46,569 nt of DNA from Candidatus Daviesbacteria bacterium (GTDB taxonomy: Bacteria; Patescibacteriota; Microgenomatia; Daviesbacterales; UBA10151): the NCBI GenBank assembly GCA_016198275.1, contig JACQIX010000025.1, forward strand, positions 1 to 46,569, read 5' to 3'. The notes below the pieces were generated by a model, which saw nothing but the letters and a program-made list of their open reading frames with translations, searched no databases and was not told the origin of the DNA. Both the position numbers and the translations under genes were made by a program. Numbering within the stretch: the stretch's first letter is position 1; every line of letters starts with the position of its first letter. Shown in pieces: positions 1-9,302 of this stretch.

Positions 1-123
1 AGGTTAAAATCCTTAACCTTCATCTCCACCGGAAGTATTTTAAAGGCTCGCATATAGCAGCCATTATATGAACCTTTAATAGTTAGTTAAACCGTACTGG
101 ATCTATCGTGGCCTAGATAGTTT

Positions 124-759
124 TCAAAATCCCAGCAAATTACTGAATAATCTTACCAAAAAACCTAAAATAGCTTGTAATAGAGAGGATTGGCCAAAAG
201 GGATCATCATAAAAATTAACAGAATTAAAATGCCATACCTGTCAAGTTTTTGGTATTCCTTGGCCAAATTATAGGGTAGTTGAGACAGTAATACCTTTGA
301 CCCGTCCAAAGGCGGAATCGGAAACAGATTAAAAATCCCCAGTACCAGGTTGATCTTGACTGTAAATTGCAAGAGGCTCCCCAATAAAAAGGGGAAATTT
401 TGCGGCAGCGTATTTAAAATATGATAGATCAGGGCAGCTAAGGCAGCTAATCCGAAGTTGGCCAAAATGCCGGCTCCCGAAACAGCCAGCGCGCCCTTTT
501 TTAAATTGGAAAAATTCAAAGGATTAACCGGCACTGGTTTGGCCCAACCAAAAAGGATTGGGGAACCGGTGAAAATTAAAAGTGCCGGCAGAAGAATGGT
601 ACCGAATAAATCAATATGCGGGATAGGGTTTAAGGTTAACCTGCCCATTCTTTGGGCCGTTGTATCTCCAAATTTTAAGGCCACCAGTCCGTGCATGACC
701 TCATGTACTATGACTGAGAAAAGCAAAACTATGATTGATAAGGCAAAAAATTCAGGCAT
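124..759 (-). CDS. Site-2 protease family (M50) intramembrane zinc metalloprotease
   Basis: HEVMH (HExxH) in a TM helix, RLTLNPIPHID, FGWAKPVPVN and NLFPIPPLDG motifs. Confidence 0.92.
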   Translation of the reverse strand: MPEFFALSIIVLLFSVIVHEVMHGLVALKFGDTTAQRMGRLTLNPIPHIDLFGTILLPALLIFTGSPILFGWAKPVPVNPLNFSNLKKGALAVSGAGILANFGLAALAALIYHILNTLPQNFPFLLGSLLQFTVKINLVLGIFNLFPIPPLDGSKVLLSQLPYNLAKEYQKLDRYGILILLIFMMIPFGQSSLLQAILGFLVRLFSNLLGF

Positions 760-771
760 GATATCAGTTTA

Positions 772-780
772 TGTTATAAT
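772..780 (+). promoter_or_regulatory. Extended -10 promoter (TGnTATAAT) for rpmB, probably leaderless
   Basis: TGTTATAAT 7 nt upstream of ATG 788; no Shine-Dalgarno. Confidence 0.6.
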
Positions 781-787
781 ACCACAT

Positions 788-1039
788 ATGTTAGCGTGTG
801 TAAGGTGTGGAAAAAGCAGGAAAATTCAATCATACTCTCGCCATAAGAAAGGTTCATCCGGAGCAGGGGGGGTTTGGGCTCTTCGCGCCCCTATTCACAA
901 AAAGACACAAAGGCCAAATCTGCATCAATTTAGGGGCCAAAAATACTGCACCAAATGTTTGAGGATGGTTAAGCAACCCTTTCTTAGCCACGCGAAAACA
1001 AACCTTAAGGGAGGTACAGGCACTGCCCTTTCCATTTAA
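788..1039 (+). CDS. rpmB: 50S ribosomal protein bL28, zinc-binding type (true start 788 inside the 458..1039 ORF)
   Basis: 83 aa basic protein MLACVRCGK...KKTQRPNLH...YCTKCLR with two CxxC pairs and the PNL motif of L28; the part upstream of 788 is antisense to the M50 gene. Confidence 0.8.
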   Translation: MLACVRCGKSRKIQSYSRHKKGSSGAGGVWALRAPIHKKTQRPNLHQFRGQKYCTKCLRMVKQPFLSHAKTNLKGGTGTALSI

Positions 1040-1069
1040 AATAAATTCTTAATTTTTAGCAGCCTAATT

Positions 1070-1636
1070 ATGAGCAACCAATTTTTTGAACAAGAACCTT
1101 TACCAAATAACTTGATAAATTTTCCGCGTAAAACAATTGAGCCTGAATTGACGGTTAGAGCAGGTTCCGGCTCTTGGCAGCAGGAGATTGAAGGGTTGAT
1201 CAATCGTGCAATAAAAGAAAAAACTGTGAAGACCGGGCCTTTATGGATGTATTATGTAACCCTGGTGGCCCCGGGGGCAACTTTTGAAACTGGGTGGACG
1301 CAGATGGACCAGCTGGTTGATCCCAGACTAGGCAAAAGAAAAAGGTTTGGTGAAACTGATGCAGATAGGCTTACCAGGTTAAGCTCAGCCCAGGACAGGT
1401 TTTTGATACTTAGAGGGCTTGGTTTTGGAATGAATGAAGAGTTGATGGGTGTTGAAGGGGAATGGAAGAGGGAAGAAAGTAAGGATGGAAACAATATACA
1501 CTATTTTCTGCCCTCAGAAGGCAGGAGGGAAGTTTACTTGGTGAGGACTATGGTACCGCGTTTTATGTCTGAAAGGTTAATGTTTTGTCCTGACCAGACC
1601 TTTCTGGAGCAGTATTTAAGGATTGGTCTGTTATAA
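1070..1636 (+). CDS. Hypothetical protein
   Basis: 188 aa ORF filling the intergenic space; no recognisable motif. Confidence 0.6.
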   Translation: MSNQFFEQEPLPNNLINFPRKTIEPELTVRAGSGSWQQEIEGLINRAIKEKTVKTGPLWMYYVTLVAPGATFETGWTQMDQLVDPRLGKRKRFGETDADRLTRLSSAQDRFLILRGLGFGMNEELMGVEGEWKREESKDGNNIHYFLPSEGRREVYLVRTMVPRFMSERLMFCPDQTFLEQYLRIGLL

Positions 1637-1648
1637 TACCCACTTTTC

Positions 1649-3223
1649 TCAATAGGTGTTAGTAGGTGGTAAAAGAGGTACTTTCTCAGGATAAATCTTC
1701 ACTTCTGCAAAGTCTGCATTGTGGTTTACCTGTTCAATTACAATTTTACTGCCAAAAGGTTGGTGTTTGTCTTTATTACAGGCTAAATCTGCTCTTTTGT
1801 CGCATAAACTAATCGAATAAAAGTAGCTCCCTTTAGGGGATGGTAATGGTAAGGGAGGCTGTAAATTCCAAAGAGTTGTCATATGATACGGTATACCTGT
1901 CCAGGTATGAATACTAACACCGTTTGTAATCTCTGGTGGTAATTTTTGGTCAAATCCCACAGGTTTTCTGAAAGAAATGTAAATATATTCGGATTGTTTG
2001 GAAATATTGGGGATCAGTATATAAGGATACTCTTCATCAAACACCCTTCCCCAGGGAGGATTCTGAAACTTCTCTAAACGGATTTTTACTAGCTTCAATC
2101 GGTCACTATCAGGGTATTCCAGGGGAGCTATTCTATAAGTTTTTTCATTTACTATCTCATCCAGCTCAACTACCTCTTTTGAGTCGCCCGGAGACAACCA
2201 ACCAAGTGCTGATTTTTGTAAGGCATTGTAATGGATGGCCAGATCCTTATGCAAAGATAAAAATCCCATGGCGCTATATCTATCTCCTAATCCTTCAAAA
2301 ACGCAATTATCCCAGTCCCTGGGACCATTTAGCCTGCAAGATAACATACCTGAGTGGCCTAGCCCCAAGTTATGGCCCAGTTCATGGGCGTAAAGACTAA
2401 TATAATCAAAATCTGTAAGTATCCAGGTTCGGTGTTTACCATCCAAGTCAGCAAAGATACTCGCCATGCTAGCCGGGCAATAAACTATATTGGCAACTGG
2501 AATGATAAACATTAAGTGGGTAAACTGTAAGAGCTTGTTAGTATCAATCTTTCTTTCAATCTCGTCTGCTACACTCCGAAGTGGACAAAACTGCAAATCA
2601 TCTGGATTGTCAGCTGCTGGGGTATTGTCCAATTCATAATTTTCAATAATCTCAGCATTAAATTGCAGCTTGCCATAAGAATTTTCCTTAAAGTAGTCTT
2701 TGCTCAGTTTTCCTGACTCTCCCATTATCGAGTTTAAAATTTCATCCCCTGGCATCTTAGCAGGATCAGTTATTAACTCTCCTTTGTTAATATTTACTTT
2801 TATTATTCCCACCTTTATCTCTCCTGAAACTTCTTTTTGAAAAGTATCTTCTAAGATTTTGATAAAGTTTGAAGAATCTGCCTTTGCTGAAATCCTTCCA
2901 TTTTTTAAGATTCCGTTTATTCTGATCCTGCTTCCGCCAGCTATTGGGATCTTTTTATTGCCGCTATCAATAATTAAAGTTAAGCTAGGGTTATCATCAG
3001 GTCTAAAAAGATATAATTCATTACTTTTCTTTTTACTAAAAAAGTCTGAATGGATAGCTGTAAATTTTCCAGTTGCCTCGTATTCACTGCTTGAAAATAT
3101 ATTTGCTTTTGGCAAAAAATTTGTCCGGTTGTTTACTAAATAAACTCCAGCTGCAATTCCAACAAGAATTAATAAAAGCAAAAAAATATGAGCAAAACCA
3201 GCTTGGTTTAATTTGTCAGTCAC
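1649..3223 (-). CDS. Surface metzincin metalloprotease (M11/gametolysin-like) with a prepilin-like N-terminus
   Basis: HELGHNLGLGH zinc motif, downstream GDRYSAMG Met-turn, DYFKENSYGKL segment; N-terminus QAG|FAHIFLLLLILVGIAAGVYLV. Confidence 0.8.
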   Translation of the reverse strand: MTDKLNQAGFAHIFLLLLILVGIAAGVYLVNNRTNFLPKANIFSSSEYEATGKFTAIHSDFFSKKKSNELYLFRPDDNPSLTLIIDSGNKKIPIAGGSRIRINGILKNGRISAKADSSNFIKILEDTFQKEVSGEIKVGIIKVNINKGELITDPAKMPGDEILNSIMGESGKLSKDYFKENSYGKLQFNAEIIENYELDNTPAADNPDDLQFCPLRSVADEIERKIDTNKLLQFTHLMFIIPVANIVYCPASMASIFADLDGKHRTWILTDFDYISLYAHELGHNLGLGHSGMLSCRLNGPRDWDNCVFEGLGDRYSAMGFLSLHKDLAIHYNALQKSALGWLSPGDSKEVVELDEIVNEKTYRIAPLEYPDSDRLKLVKIRLEKFQNPPWGRVFDEEYPYILIPNISKQSEYIYISFRKPVGFDQKLPPEITNGVSIHTWTGIPYHMTTLWNLQPPLPLPSPKGSYFYSISLCDKRADLACNKDKHQPFGSKIVIEQVNHNADFAEVKIYPEKVPLLPPTNTY

Positions 3224-3325
3224 AAGTTAACACTACGATTAATTAACTGAATTTGTCAATTAATCCGGCAGGCACTTACAAAAAATTCGCATTTTCTTAT
3301 AGGTTATAGTAAACTACCGCTTTAT

Positions 3326-3853
3326 ATGGCAGTAGAATTATCGAGATTTCTCGACGAACAGCTTGATGAACTTCCTGAAGCTCATCCTGATAGAAAATTC
3401 CTGGAGGGTATTCGGAGTAAAACTCAAACCTATTTGAGCCATAGATACCCGACTCCCTATTCGAAAGGTGGGTTTCTAAGAGCTGGTTTGCACATCGCTG
3501 AATATTTTACTGCTGCAAGAGTAGGCTCACGGTTGGATCCTGACAGGATAGTAAGACTATTAAACAACCCTGTTCTTACAGAATCAACTATTGGATATGG
3601 AAATTGTTTACTAGAGGGTATCAGGCGGGAGGGCGATGACTCCACTGTTCATTTATGTCTCCCTAGAGGTGTACTTAATTCTCTTCAGAGAGGGGGTATA
3701 AATACAATTCCACAGCTTAGAGAAAAACTATCATCTGTTGGTGCAATATGTAGCATAGGCAGTTTTGGTCTTGCCACAATAATTAATTCCCTTGACACTT
3801 TTGATAAACTGAGGGTAGCAGAAGTTGAAGCTACCAACAGGCCAGTACTATAA
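3326..3853 (+). CDS. Hypothetical protein with C-terminal RNA polymerase alpha-CTD-like domain
   Basis: LCLPRGVLNSLQRGGINTIPQL...SIGSFGLATI resembles alpha-CTD LxLSxRxxNxLxxxGIxTxxxL...NxGxxSxxEI. Confidence 0.55.
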   Translation: MAVELSRFLDEQLDELPEAHPDRKFLEGIRSKTQTYLSHRYPTPYSKGGFLRAGLHIAEYFTAARVGSRLDPDRIVRLLNNPVLTESTIGYGNCLLEGIRREGDDSTVHLCLPRGVLNSLQRGGINTIPQLREKLSSVGAICSIGSFGLATIINSLDTFDKLRVAEVEATNRPVL

Positions 3854-3875
3854 AACTTTCTGAAGTACGAGTTTG

Positions 3876-4685
3876 TTAGGTCTTGATCGGAAATCCCGGG
3901 TAACCCCGTAAAAATACCTCAAATTTAACCGCCTTTTTTCCTTCCATTTGCATCATGCCCCCAGGCAAAAATTTCACAATTTTAGCTTGCCCGCTGGAGC
4001 CTTGGCGAAAGCGGGTCCAAACTCCAGGCCAAGGATAATAAGCCCTAATCATTCTGTCCAAAATTTCAGGAGCAGGAGGATTATTAATGTCAAAATATCC
4101 ATCCTCTTTAGTAAGCCTTTTAGTGAAAGTGACCCTGGATTCATCCTGGATGAGGGGTTTTACCAAACCATCAAGATATTGTTTGATCACTGAAATTACC
4201 AAAGCACCACCAAGCTCATTTAATTTAGTCAAAAGTGAATCAGTGGTTTGCTCTGGTGTCAGTTCATAATGCAGCTGTCCTAAGATAGGTCCAGCATCAA
4301 CTTGTTCGATTATTCTAATAATTGATACGCCGGAGTTTCTCTCTCCATTTAAAATAGCAGAAGGGGCAGGGGAAGGGCCTCTGTATTTAGGCAATAAAGA
4401 ATGGTGGATGTTTAGGGGGGCGATTTTAGGCAGATTTAATAATTCTTTTGGCAAGATTAAACCATAATCTTCTACAATAAAAAAATCAGTTTTTATACCT
4501 TTTATTTTTTGGATCACTTTTTGATCAAGGATTTTTGTTTTCAAAACATCAATATTTAATTGTTGGGCTAAAGTTTGGACTGGACTACCAGGAATCGTCA
4601 CAACTAACGATATAGGATAGGTTGCATTGACAATCTTTAAACCAATTATTGAGTATTTTGTGTTTCCAAAGAAAACTATTGTCAT
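3876..4685 (-). CDS. fmt: Methionyl-tRNA formyltransferase
   Basis: IVFFGN, YGLILP, NIHHSLLPKYRGPSP, DAGPI, RAYYPWPG; coupled to def. Confidence 0.93.
   Translation of the reverse strand: MTIVFFGNTKYSIIGLKIVNATYPISLVVTIPGSPVQTLAQQLNIDVLKTKILDQKVIQKIKGIKTDFFIVEDYGLILPKELLNLPKIAPLNIHHSLLPKYRGPSPAPSAILNGERNSGVSIIRIIEQVDAGPILGQLHYELTPEQTTDSLLTKLNELGGALVISVIKQYLDGLVKPLIQDESRVTFTKRLTKEDGYFDINNPPAPEILDRMIRAYYPWPGVWTRFRQGSSGQAKIVKFLPGGMMQMEGKKAVKFEVFLRGYPGFPIKT
3985..4015. repeat. REP-like palindrome read in frame within fmt
   Basis: CCCGCT-GGAGCCTTGGCGAA-AGCGGG; GC-rich patch in an AT-rich gene; translated as RFRQGSSGQA. Confidence 0.6.
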
Positions 4686-5203
4686 GGCAGGGTAATTTCT
4701 TCAAAAATATCTGTGCCTGTTTTATCTTTGCCGCTAAATTTATAGAACTTACCTTTTTGCTGCAGAACCCGATCCTGGAAAAGGACCCCATCCAAATGGT
4801 CAATTTCGTGCTGGAATATCCAGGCTAAAATGCCTGTTAAAGGAATTTTGATCAGTTTCCCCCTCTCATCAAGATAAGAAATCTTAATATTTTTGTACCT
4901 TTTAACCTCGCCCCAAATATTGGGAGTTGACAAACAACCTTCAAAATATTTTTTAACGCTTTTACCGGTGGAGAGGATTTTAGGGTTTATGACAGAGATA
5001 AATTTCTGTCTGTTTTTAGCCACAAAAAACCGCTCTTCCAAACCGACCTGGGTGGAAGCTAAACCTACGCCTTCAGGATCATTAAAAGTTTTGGTTAATT
5101 TAATCATCTCTTTTAAGGTCCTCAGCAACGCCTGGTTAATTTTTTTAACAGGTTTTGTTTTAACTCTTAAGCTTGGATTAGGCGCTTTAACAACTTGTAA
5201 CAT
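4682..5203 (-). CDS. def: Peptide deformylase
   Basis: GVGLASTQVG, EGCLS and QHEIDHLDG motifs. Confidence 0.97.
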   Translation of the reverse strand: MLQVVKAPNPSLRVKTKPVKKINQALLRTLKEMIKLTKTFNDPEGVGLASTQVGLEERFFVAKNRQKFISVINPKILSTGKSVKKYFEGCLSTPNIWGEVKRYKNIKISYLDERGKLIKIPLTGILAWIFQHEIDHLDGVLFQDRVLQQKGKFYKFSGKDKTGTDIFEEITLP

Positions 5204-5219
5204 GAGGGGATTGTAACAG

Positions 5220-5477
5220 TTATGTAGATTGTTTTAAACGCCACATAAATACTCTTGCCTTACTTTTAGCTCCGTAGTAGCCTTTGGTAAAATTTAAGGC
5301 TTCTTCTAAAATTTTGCGGTCAATTTCTTTGGCCAGTTTGATATATAAAGAATAATGCTTGGTGTCCCCTAAACTTTCCGCCAAAAATACTCCGTAAAAC
5401 TGGAATTCATGGGAGATATTCTTAGGCCTATTTTTAAATTTAGTTTCAGCTATAGCTTTTGCAATTGACTTCATCAT
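5220..5477 (-). CDS. Small basic hypothetical protein
   Basis: 85 aa, overlaps the stop of the upstream gene, same orientation as def-fmt. Confidence 0.7.
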   Translation of the reverse strand: MMKSIAKAIAETKFKNRPKNISHEFQFYGVFLAESLGDTKHYSLYIKLAKEIDRKILEEALNFTKGYYGAKSKARVFMWRLKQST

Positions 5478-7513
5478 GGTTTTGCCGAAGCAGTGGCATC
5501 TTTTAGTTGTTGTAGAGCTTCCGGATAATTGGGTTTTAACTGTAATGCTTTTTGTAAAACTTTTACTCCCGCTTCCTTTTTACCTTGAATATCCAGAACC
5601 AAAGCTTTGTTATAGTAAAGTTTTGGGTCAGTCGGAGCCAAAGAAATAGTTTTATCCAAAGCTTTTAAAGTGGTGTCAAGGTATTTATCATCTATGGCTG
5701 CAATTTCCGAATACGTTCTGACAGCAGTTCTCCAAAATGACACATTATTTGGGCTTTTTTTTAAAACCAGCTCCGTTTGATAAGTGGCCTCATCTTTTAA
5801 TATAGCAGAAAGGGTAGCATCTGTTTCTTTTAAAGCTGCCGCTGCTTGAGCTGCAGCAGCGGCCAGCTCTGAGCGGTAAAAGGGTTCAGATGGGTTCAAA
5901 TTTGAGCTTTCCGACAAATAATTATATGCCCTGCCAGCATTTCCCAAATCAGAAGCTTTCTGCCCCAGGGCAAAAAGCGTATCAGCATACCAGAGTTGGA
6001 AGATGGAATATAGAAGATAGAGAGTTGAAAATATCACCAAGCTTTTGGCAGCTTGGGTATAGAAAGGACGGCGGTAGATGAACTGGAATATGGAAGATAG
6101 AGAATGGAGGATGGAAGGAATTTTAAATGGTTTTGTGGATGCGGAGGTAACAAAAGCTAAAGCCGGGAAAAGGTAGAAAAAAATGGCAATGATCACTACC
6201 GAGAATAAAAAGAAATTGTAGATAAGATAGGAGATGTAGCTTGCAAGCAAGCTGGTAGCAAGTAGCAGGTAGTATGTATGATGCAATTTTTGCTTAATAC
6301 TTGATACATAATACTTAATATACCACCATATAAAAGTAAGAACGATCAGCATATATGTTCCAAATCCCACCAATCCTGTAGTTGCCAAGTAATTAAGGTA
6401 CTCATTGTGGGCTTTGTTATATAAAAAGTCCCACTCTGAAGTTAGATTATGTTCCTCAGGACGGTATTGGTAATAAGAATAAGCGAAAGTTTCCAGGCCT
6501 GAGCCAAAAATAGGGTAGTGCTTAAAAATATCCAAAGCCCCTTTCCAGACAATAAATCTGATTTGGCCTGATTCTGTGCCGCCGTTTTCCAACTGGGTTT
6601 GGGATTGGTTAGTAGGAAGTGAAATGGATGGTCTGGAAGGAGCAGCAAATTTAGAGATTAGTTTAAAGCTGGTTAGGGCTGAGCCAAAAAGCAGGTTAAT
6701 GCTAAGAAATACGCCTAATACTATAAGTATTGGTTTTAGTTTAGCTAAATTTATGGTTCCACCCTTGGGGTGGAAGTTCAAGAGTTGTAAACTTATAAAA
6801 GTTATAAATCCTCCTATAAGGCCTAATGTTGGTCCTCTGGAATAGGTGAAAGTGAAAGCCAGGTAAAGAGTAGTAAGTAGTAAGTAGTAAGTAGTAAGTA
6901 GTAAGCGGGAAGAGGCAGTCAGGAAAAAATAAAGGGCAGGAAATATTAACATTGCCAAATAGGCTGCCAGCCAATTAGGTTGGCCTAAGGTGGCAAAGAC
7001 CCTGGCTTGGACATCCTGCACCCAACAGGAAGCATTAAATTCTCCCCTTAAAATGACGCAGGAAGGAGAAATGCCAAAATGTTCCGTGATGGCCCAAAGT
7101 GAAATTAGAAAACCAGAAGCCAGAGCAAATTTTGTCAGTGTTTTAACCTGAGCAGGACCTATGTTTGAAACAAAAGCCCAGTAGAGTAATAAATAGGAAA
7201 TAAGAGATAATAATCCTCCATTTGATCTGGAATAATAACCCCAAATAGAGGTATGAAGGTCAATGGAGAAAATGGTGGACAATATGTTGGCTGCCAAAAA
7301 TAACAACAGCGGGATATCTAACGGAGTACGATTAAAGATTAATAATTTACGATTTATGATTTTGAGAATCCAGGCGCCCACAATAATGGCGGTTAAGTCA
7401 TAAGTCAGGATCATCTTGTTATATTCAAATAACTCATAATTTTTAGCTGACCAAAAAAGGGGGGTTAGGAAGAAAAGGAGATAGAATGAGTATGAGATAA
7501 TTTTGTCTAACAT
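5474..7513 (-). CDS. O-antigen ligase / O-oligosaccharyltransferase-like polytopic membrane protein with C-terminal TPRs
   Basis: About 12 TM segments; ATLGQPNWLA, TYSRG, RFIVW, PIFGSGLETF and AHNEYL (Wzy_C-type) motifs; TPR-like tail ending ALQLKPNY. Confidence 0.85.
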   Translation of the reverse strand: MLDKIISYSFYLLFFLTPLFWSAKNYELFEYNKMILTYDLTAIIVGAWILKIINRKLLIFNRTPLDIPLLLFLAANILSTIFSIDLHTSIWGYYSRSNGGLLSLISYLLLYWAFVSNIGPAQVKTLTKFALASGFLISLWAITEHFGISPSCVILRGEFNASCWVQDVQARVFATLGQPNWLAAYLAMLIFPALYFFLTASSRLLLTTYYLLLTTLYLAFTFTYSRGPTLGLIGGFITFISLQLLNFHPKGGTINLAKLKPILIVLGVFLSINLLFGSALTSFKLISKFAAPSRPSISLPTNQSQTQLENGGTESGQIRFIVWKGALDIFKHYPIFGSGLETFAYSYYQYRPEEHNLTSEWDFLYNKAHNEYLNYLATTGLVGFGTYMLIVLTFIWWYIKYYVSSIKQKLHHTYYLLLATSLLASYISYLIYNFFLFSVVIIAIFFYLFPALAFVTSASTKPFKIPSILHSLSSIFQFIYRRPFYTQAAKSLVIFSTLYLLYSIFQLWYADTLFALGQKASDLGNAGRAYNYLSESSNLNPSEPFYRSELAAAAAQAAAALKETDATLSAILKDEATYQTELVLKKSPNNVSFWRTAVRTYSEIAAIDDKYLDTTLKALDKTISLAPTDPKLYYNKALVLDIQGKKEAGVKVLQKALQLKPNYPEALQQLKDATASAKP
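6004..6320. repeat. Several degenerate 7-bp tandem arrays inside the ligase gene
   Basis: 6004 TGGAATA TAGAAGA TAGAGAG; 6084 TGGAATA TGGAAGA TAGAGAA TGGAGGA TGGAAGG; 6255 GTAGCAA GTAGCAG GTAGTAT GTATGAT; 6293 CTTAATA CTTGATA CATAATA CTTAATA. Confidence 0.7.
6757..6775. repeat. Palindromic element TTCCACCC-TTG-GGGTGGAA in frame in the ligase gene
   Basis: 8-bp perfect stem; the core CACCCTTGGGGTGGA recurs exactly at 21592-21606. Confidence 0.7.
6871..6905. repeat. Perfect heptamer tandem repeat (TAGTAAG)x5
   Basis: Read directly; encodes LLLTTYYLLLTT on the minus strand. Confidence 0.9.
7327..7361. repeat. Degenerate heptamer array x5
   Basis: TACGATT AAAGATT AATAATT TACGATT TATGATT. Confidence 0.65.
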
Positions 7514-7521
7514 GGACTGCC

Positions 7522-7589
7522 TATAGCGTATAGCGTATAGTTTGAAAAATCAACCACACCCTAACCTCTAGACCCTAAACCCTACCCTA
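7522..7589. repeat. Intergenic pair of heptamer arrays between the divergent ligase and mreB genes
   Basis: TATAGCG TATAGCG TATAGTT ... CTAACCT CTAGACC CTAAACC CTACC. Confidence 0.7.
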
Positions 7590-7604
7590 TGTTAAACTCC
7601 CTTC

Positions 7605-8669
7605 ATGTTTGGAAAAATTTGGTCATACCTTTCCTATGATATTGGCATTGATTTGGGTACAGTAAATACTCTGGTTTTAGTTAAAGGAAAAGGGATATTA
7701 ATTAGGGAACCGACTGTGGTGGCCCTTCATAAAAAAAGCCGTCAAATATTAGCTATAGGCACAGAAGCCAAAAGAATGTTAGGTAGGACTCCGGCTGCTA
7801 TTGAGGCTGTCAGGCCTTTGCGGGACGGAGTAATTTCTGATTTTGATACTACCGAGGCGATGCTCCGCTACTTTATCCATAAAGTGCATCAAAATCCGGG
7901 AAAAAGCAAATGGTCCCTGCCTAAGATCCCCAAACCCAGAATTGTAGTTGGTATTCCTTCAGGGGTGACTGAAGTAGAAAGAAGAGCAGTTCAGGATGCT
8001 TGTTTAATGGCCGGAGCAAGAGAAGCATATTTAATTGAGGAGCCAATGGCAGCAGCAATTGGAGCCAAACTGTCAGTTGAGGATCCGGAAGGAGTGATGA
8101 TTGTGGATATCGGCGGGGGGACTACCGAAATTGCCGTTATCTCTTTGGGCGGAATGGTCATTAACAGGTCACTGCGAGTGGCCGGGGATGAGCTGGATGA
8201 AGATATTGTCAATTACATGAGAACCCGCTATGGCATGCTGATTGGGGAAAGGTCTGCAGAGGAAGTCAAGATTGAGATTGGTTCGGCTTATCCTTTAAAC
8301 GACAAAGACGATATGGTCACTGTAGTCAGGGGCAGAGATTTATCTACCGGCTTGCCAAAATCTTTAAAACTAACTGCCTCCGAGATTAGGGAAGCATTAA
8401 CTCCCACCCTGTCTCAAATAGTTGGGGTTATACAGGAAGTTTTAGAAGAAACTCCGCCGGAACTTTTAACAGATATAGTGGAAACAGGCGTATTTTTGGC
8501 AGGCGGTGGAGCGTTGCTTAGAGGTTTAGATAAAAAAATTGCCGAAGAAACCAAGCTACCTGTTTATATAGCAGATGATCCGTTGACTACTGTAGTTAGA
8601 GGTTGTGGGGAAGTATTAAATAATTTGGATTTGCTGTCCAAGGTTAAAGTGACAGGAGGCCTTCGTTGA
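7605..8669 (+). CDS. mreB: Rod shape-determining actin-like ATPase MreB
   Basis: IGIDLGT, RPLRDGVISDF, EEPMAAAIGA, VDIGGGTTE, LAGGGALL. Confidence 0.98.
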   Translation: MFGKIWSYLSYDIGIDLGTVNTLVLVKGKGILIREPTVVALHKKSRQILAIGTEAKRMLGRTPAAIEAVRPLRDGVISDFDTTEAMLRYFIHKVHQNPGKSKWSLPKIPKPRIVVGIPSGVTEVERRAVQDACLMAGAREAYLIEEPMAAAIGAKLSVEDPEGVMIVDIGGGTTEIAVISLGGMVINRSLRVAGDELDEDIVNYMRTRYGMLIGERSAEEVKIEIGSAYPLNDKDDMVTVVRGRDLSTGLPKSLKLTASEIREALTPTLSQIVGVIQEVLEETPPELLTDIVETGVFLAGGGALLRGLDKKIAEETKLPVYIADDPLTTVVRGCGEVLNNLDLLSKVKVTGGLR

Positions 8670-9298
8670 GAAAAGCAGTTCTTTTTGATATTGACGGGAC
8701 ATTAATTGATACCTGGGATTTTGTGATGGGGGCTTTTAAATACGCTTTAAATTATCACGGCCACCCAATACCTTCTGATAAAGTAATTAAATCAATTACG
8801 GGAAAACCTTTGCTTGATTTTTACAAAGCTGCTTTTCCTAATATTGAGGATGTGTCTCATCTTGCTAAAACTCATCACGACTTTCAAAGCGATAAATTTG
8901 ACTTAGGGAAACTTTTTCCCAAGGCAAAATACGTACTTAAAAAATTAAAAAAAAGAAGGTTTCTTTTGGCTGCTGTCAGTAACAGAACTAAAGTTAGCCT
9001 GCATACCTCTTTAAAAATGGTTGAGATTGATCATTATTTTGATTTGATCCTGTCCGCTGAAGATGTAAAAAACCCTAAACCCCATAAAGAGCATTTAATA
9101 GTAGCTTTAAAACATTTTAAAGTCAGTTACAATAATGCTTTTATGGTAGGTGATACTGACCATGATATTATGGCTGGTAAAAATGCCGGGATTAAAACCG
9201 TGGGGGTAACTTACGGTTTTTCAGGCAAAGACATCAAAGAGGTAAATCCTGATTTTTTAGTTGATAATCTGGAAGAACTGCTACCAATTCTCCATTAA
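8666..9298 (+). CDS. HAD-superfamily phosphatase (PpaX/Gph-like)
   Basis: FDIDGTL motif I, VSN motif II, KPH and MVGDTDHD motifs III/IV. Confidence 0.9.
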   Translation: MRKAVLFDIDGTLIDTWDFVMGAFKYALNYHGHPIPSDKVIKSITGKPLLDFYKAAFPNIEDVSHLAKTHHDFQSDKFDLGKLFPKAKYVLKKLKKRRFLLAAVSNRTKVSLHTSLKMVEIDHYFDLILSAEDVKNPKPHKEHLIVALKHFKVSYNNAFMVGDTDHDIMAGKNAGIKTVGVTYGFSGKDIKEVNPDFLVDNLEELLPILH

Positions 9299-9302
9299 TA
9301 TG

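Noticed and set aside
1-120. Possible gene start running off the left edge (minus strand, ATG at 53 or 23)
   Set aside because: Too short to identify or support.
458-787. N-terminal 110 aa of the 193 aa ORF
   Set aside because: Antisense shadow of the M50 protease gene; L28 similarity and a promoter support a start at 788.
772-1640. 12-bp direct repeat TGTTATAATACC at 772 and 1629 as a target-site duplication
   Set aside because: AT-rich and promoter-like, and it would enclose the essential rpmB gene; chance is sufficient.
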